Assembly: GCF_018350175.1 (NCBI RefSeq)
Contig: NC_058368.1
Span: 195,488,001-195,552,000, forward strand
Direction: 5' to 3'
Origin: Felis catus
Lineage: Eukaryota
Length of the DNA: 64,000 nucleotides
Positions 62,593-64,000 of this stretch are shown here, one piece after another. The position numbers and the translations under genes are program-made. Each line of letters starts with the position of its first letter. Within the stretch, counting starts at the first letter, position 1. The notes under the pieces are model-generated. The model did no database searches and was not told the origin of the DNA. It was given only the letters and a program-made list of their open reading frames with translations.

Positions 62593-63742
62593 CTGGGGAG
62601 ACTCCGGCCACTGAGTCTGTCACATGTGCATGTGAGTTTTGAATCTCCGAGGCAGGCGATGGTTATAAGAGGCAGTGTTTTCCTAAAAGCACTTTTTTGG
62701 GAGGTTGGGGCTGGACTTTCTGGTATGCTACCATTCCAAGGAACATGTTTGAGGAAATGCTAGCACAGCGAAGCCATGTCTCGCAACCATGAGTGTGTTC
62801 TTTACCGCTTGCTGGGTCTCAGTTTCCATTTTTGACAAATGGGAGGATTATCCCCCATTCGTTCCCTCCTAAGGCCTCTGGGGAGCTCACCTTCACCTTG
62901 TCTTTGCTGGGTTCAGCCCACCCTCCGAGGCTTATGTCAAATCCCACTCTTTCAGGAAGGCTTTTTAAAAATTCCTGAAGTTTTCAGTGCTGGTGGATCT
63001 GCTTTTTGACCCAGGTGCTCTCCAGATGTTTGCAGGCTGTGGGGCTAAGTTCTCTGAGAGGAAGGAACATCACTATCACCTCTCCAACAACCCCTTAGGA
63101 AGGTCTGGCCCACGGCAGATGCCCAGGAGACAGTTGCTAATGTGTTTTGTTCATCTCTTATTATACACACACTGGCCACAGGGACTGAGCCCTTGCCTCG
63201 GCTCTGTTCTCATGAGATTTGGGCCAGTCTGGTCTCAACTCAAATGTCACCTCAGAGAAGACTCCTTGACTCTATCTTAAGGTGCGATCGCATCCGTCCT
63301 GTCGTATCCTCAGGGTAGCACTTAGTATTCTCTTGATGACCGTGTTCATTTGCCACTGTAAGCTTGCAGACAGCAGAAGCCATATCTCTTTTCGCCTCAT
63401 CCTTGTGGTCTCAGCACTTAGCACAGTGGCCTGTGGTGGGTGCTCCGTAATTGTTGGATAAATTAACAAAGGAACGAATTTTATACAGTAGCCTGAGAAG
63501 TAGCTCTATTTAACAAATGAGGAAACTGTGGCCCAGGAAAGGGAAGTGACTTGCCCAAGGTCACGCAGAGAAGCAGTGTCAGGTTCCTCTGAATCTCAGT
63601 CAAGCAGTGTTTCCACTCTGTCATGATCGCTCCTGATCCTCCTCCTAATTCCTCACCCCCATGCTCCTGCCCAACACACCGTCAGCGCACGCACACACAT
63701 GCACACACACACACACACGGCCTCCTCTTACCCTCGGCTTAC

Positions 63743-63882
63743 CTTCTGCCCTGGATATTCCCAGATAAAGTCCACAGCAATGTCTGGCTCACCCAGAGCC
63801 GTGCAGGTCACACGGAAGTTCTCTCCCAGTTGGACTGATGTTGCTGAAGCTTGGATAGTGGGTTTGGGGGAGGATGACGGGT
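63743..63882 (-). CDS. PDGFRL-like (second paralogue) penultimate coding exon: xPSSSPKPTIQASATSVQLGENFRVTCTALGEPDIAVDFIWEYPGQK
   Basis: Not in the supplied ORF track. Minus strand reads pyrimidine tract ...cccatcttctccatggcag|AC CCG ... CAG AAG|GTAAGC; 140 nt, phase 1 to 0, no stops. Ig strands A-C with Cys and Trp; closely resembles recalled human PDGFRL LCTVLGEPDVEVEFTWIFPGQK. Confidence 0.88.
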
Positions 63883-64000
63883 CTGCCATGGAGAAGATGG
63901 GAGAGAAATGGGAACAAACATGTTGAACTGATTGTTGGAACCATTGAATGAAATGAATGGGTGGAATGGTTAAGGTCCCAGAGGGGAATGGTTGGGGTGC

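Noticed and set aside
61997..63882. Calling this gene PDGFRL itself, or PDGFRB
   Set aside because: Too divergent from recalled human PDGFRL for an orthologue and in the wrong neighbourhood; it stops right after the Ig domain, unlike the transmembrane kinase PDGFRB.
1..64000. CRISPR arrays, rRNA or bona fide tRNA genes
   Set aside because: Mammalian DNA; tRNA-like segments are SINE heads and no repeat-spacer array was seen.

Overview
Felid (cat-family) genomic DNA, judged from the dense tRNA-derived Can-SINE (SINEC_Fc-type) elements. The region is syntenic to the human GM2A-CCDC69-(ANXA6) locus. It contains: (i) the promoter and coding exons 1-2 of GM2A on the minus strand (exons 3-4 lie off the left edge); (ii) a complete 9-exon CCDC69 gene on the plus strand (ATG 27553, stop 59653; spliced CDS 885 nt = 294 aa; all introns GT-AG and in phase); (iii) the last two coding exons (63743-63882 and 61997-62212, minus strand) of an intact, apparently secreted Ig-domain protein gene that looks like a second PDGFRL paralogue, lying tail-to-tail with CCDC69. 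This mirrors the human PDGFRL/MTUS1 pair (CCDC69 is related to the MTUS1/MTUS2 C-terminal coiled coil), suggesting an ancient duplicated gene pair whose PDGFRL-like member has no named protein-coding counterpart that I recall at this position in human. The rest is repeat-rich (Can-SINEs, L1 fragments including a twin-primed inversion, ERV and MaLR LTRs, MER DNA transposons, microsatellites), with a candidate muscle enhancer and a CTCF site between the two divergent promoters. Homologue comparisons are from memory and need alignment; repeat boundaries are approximate.
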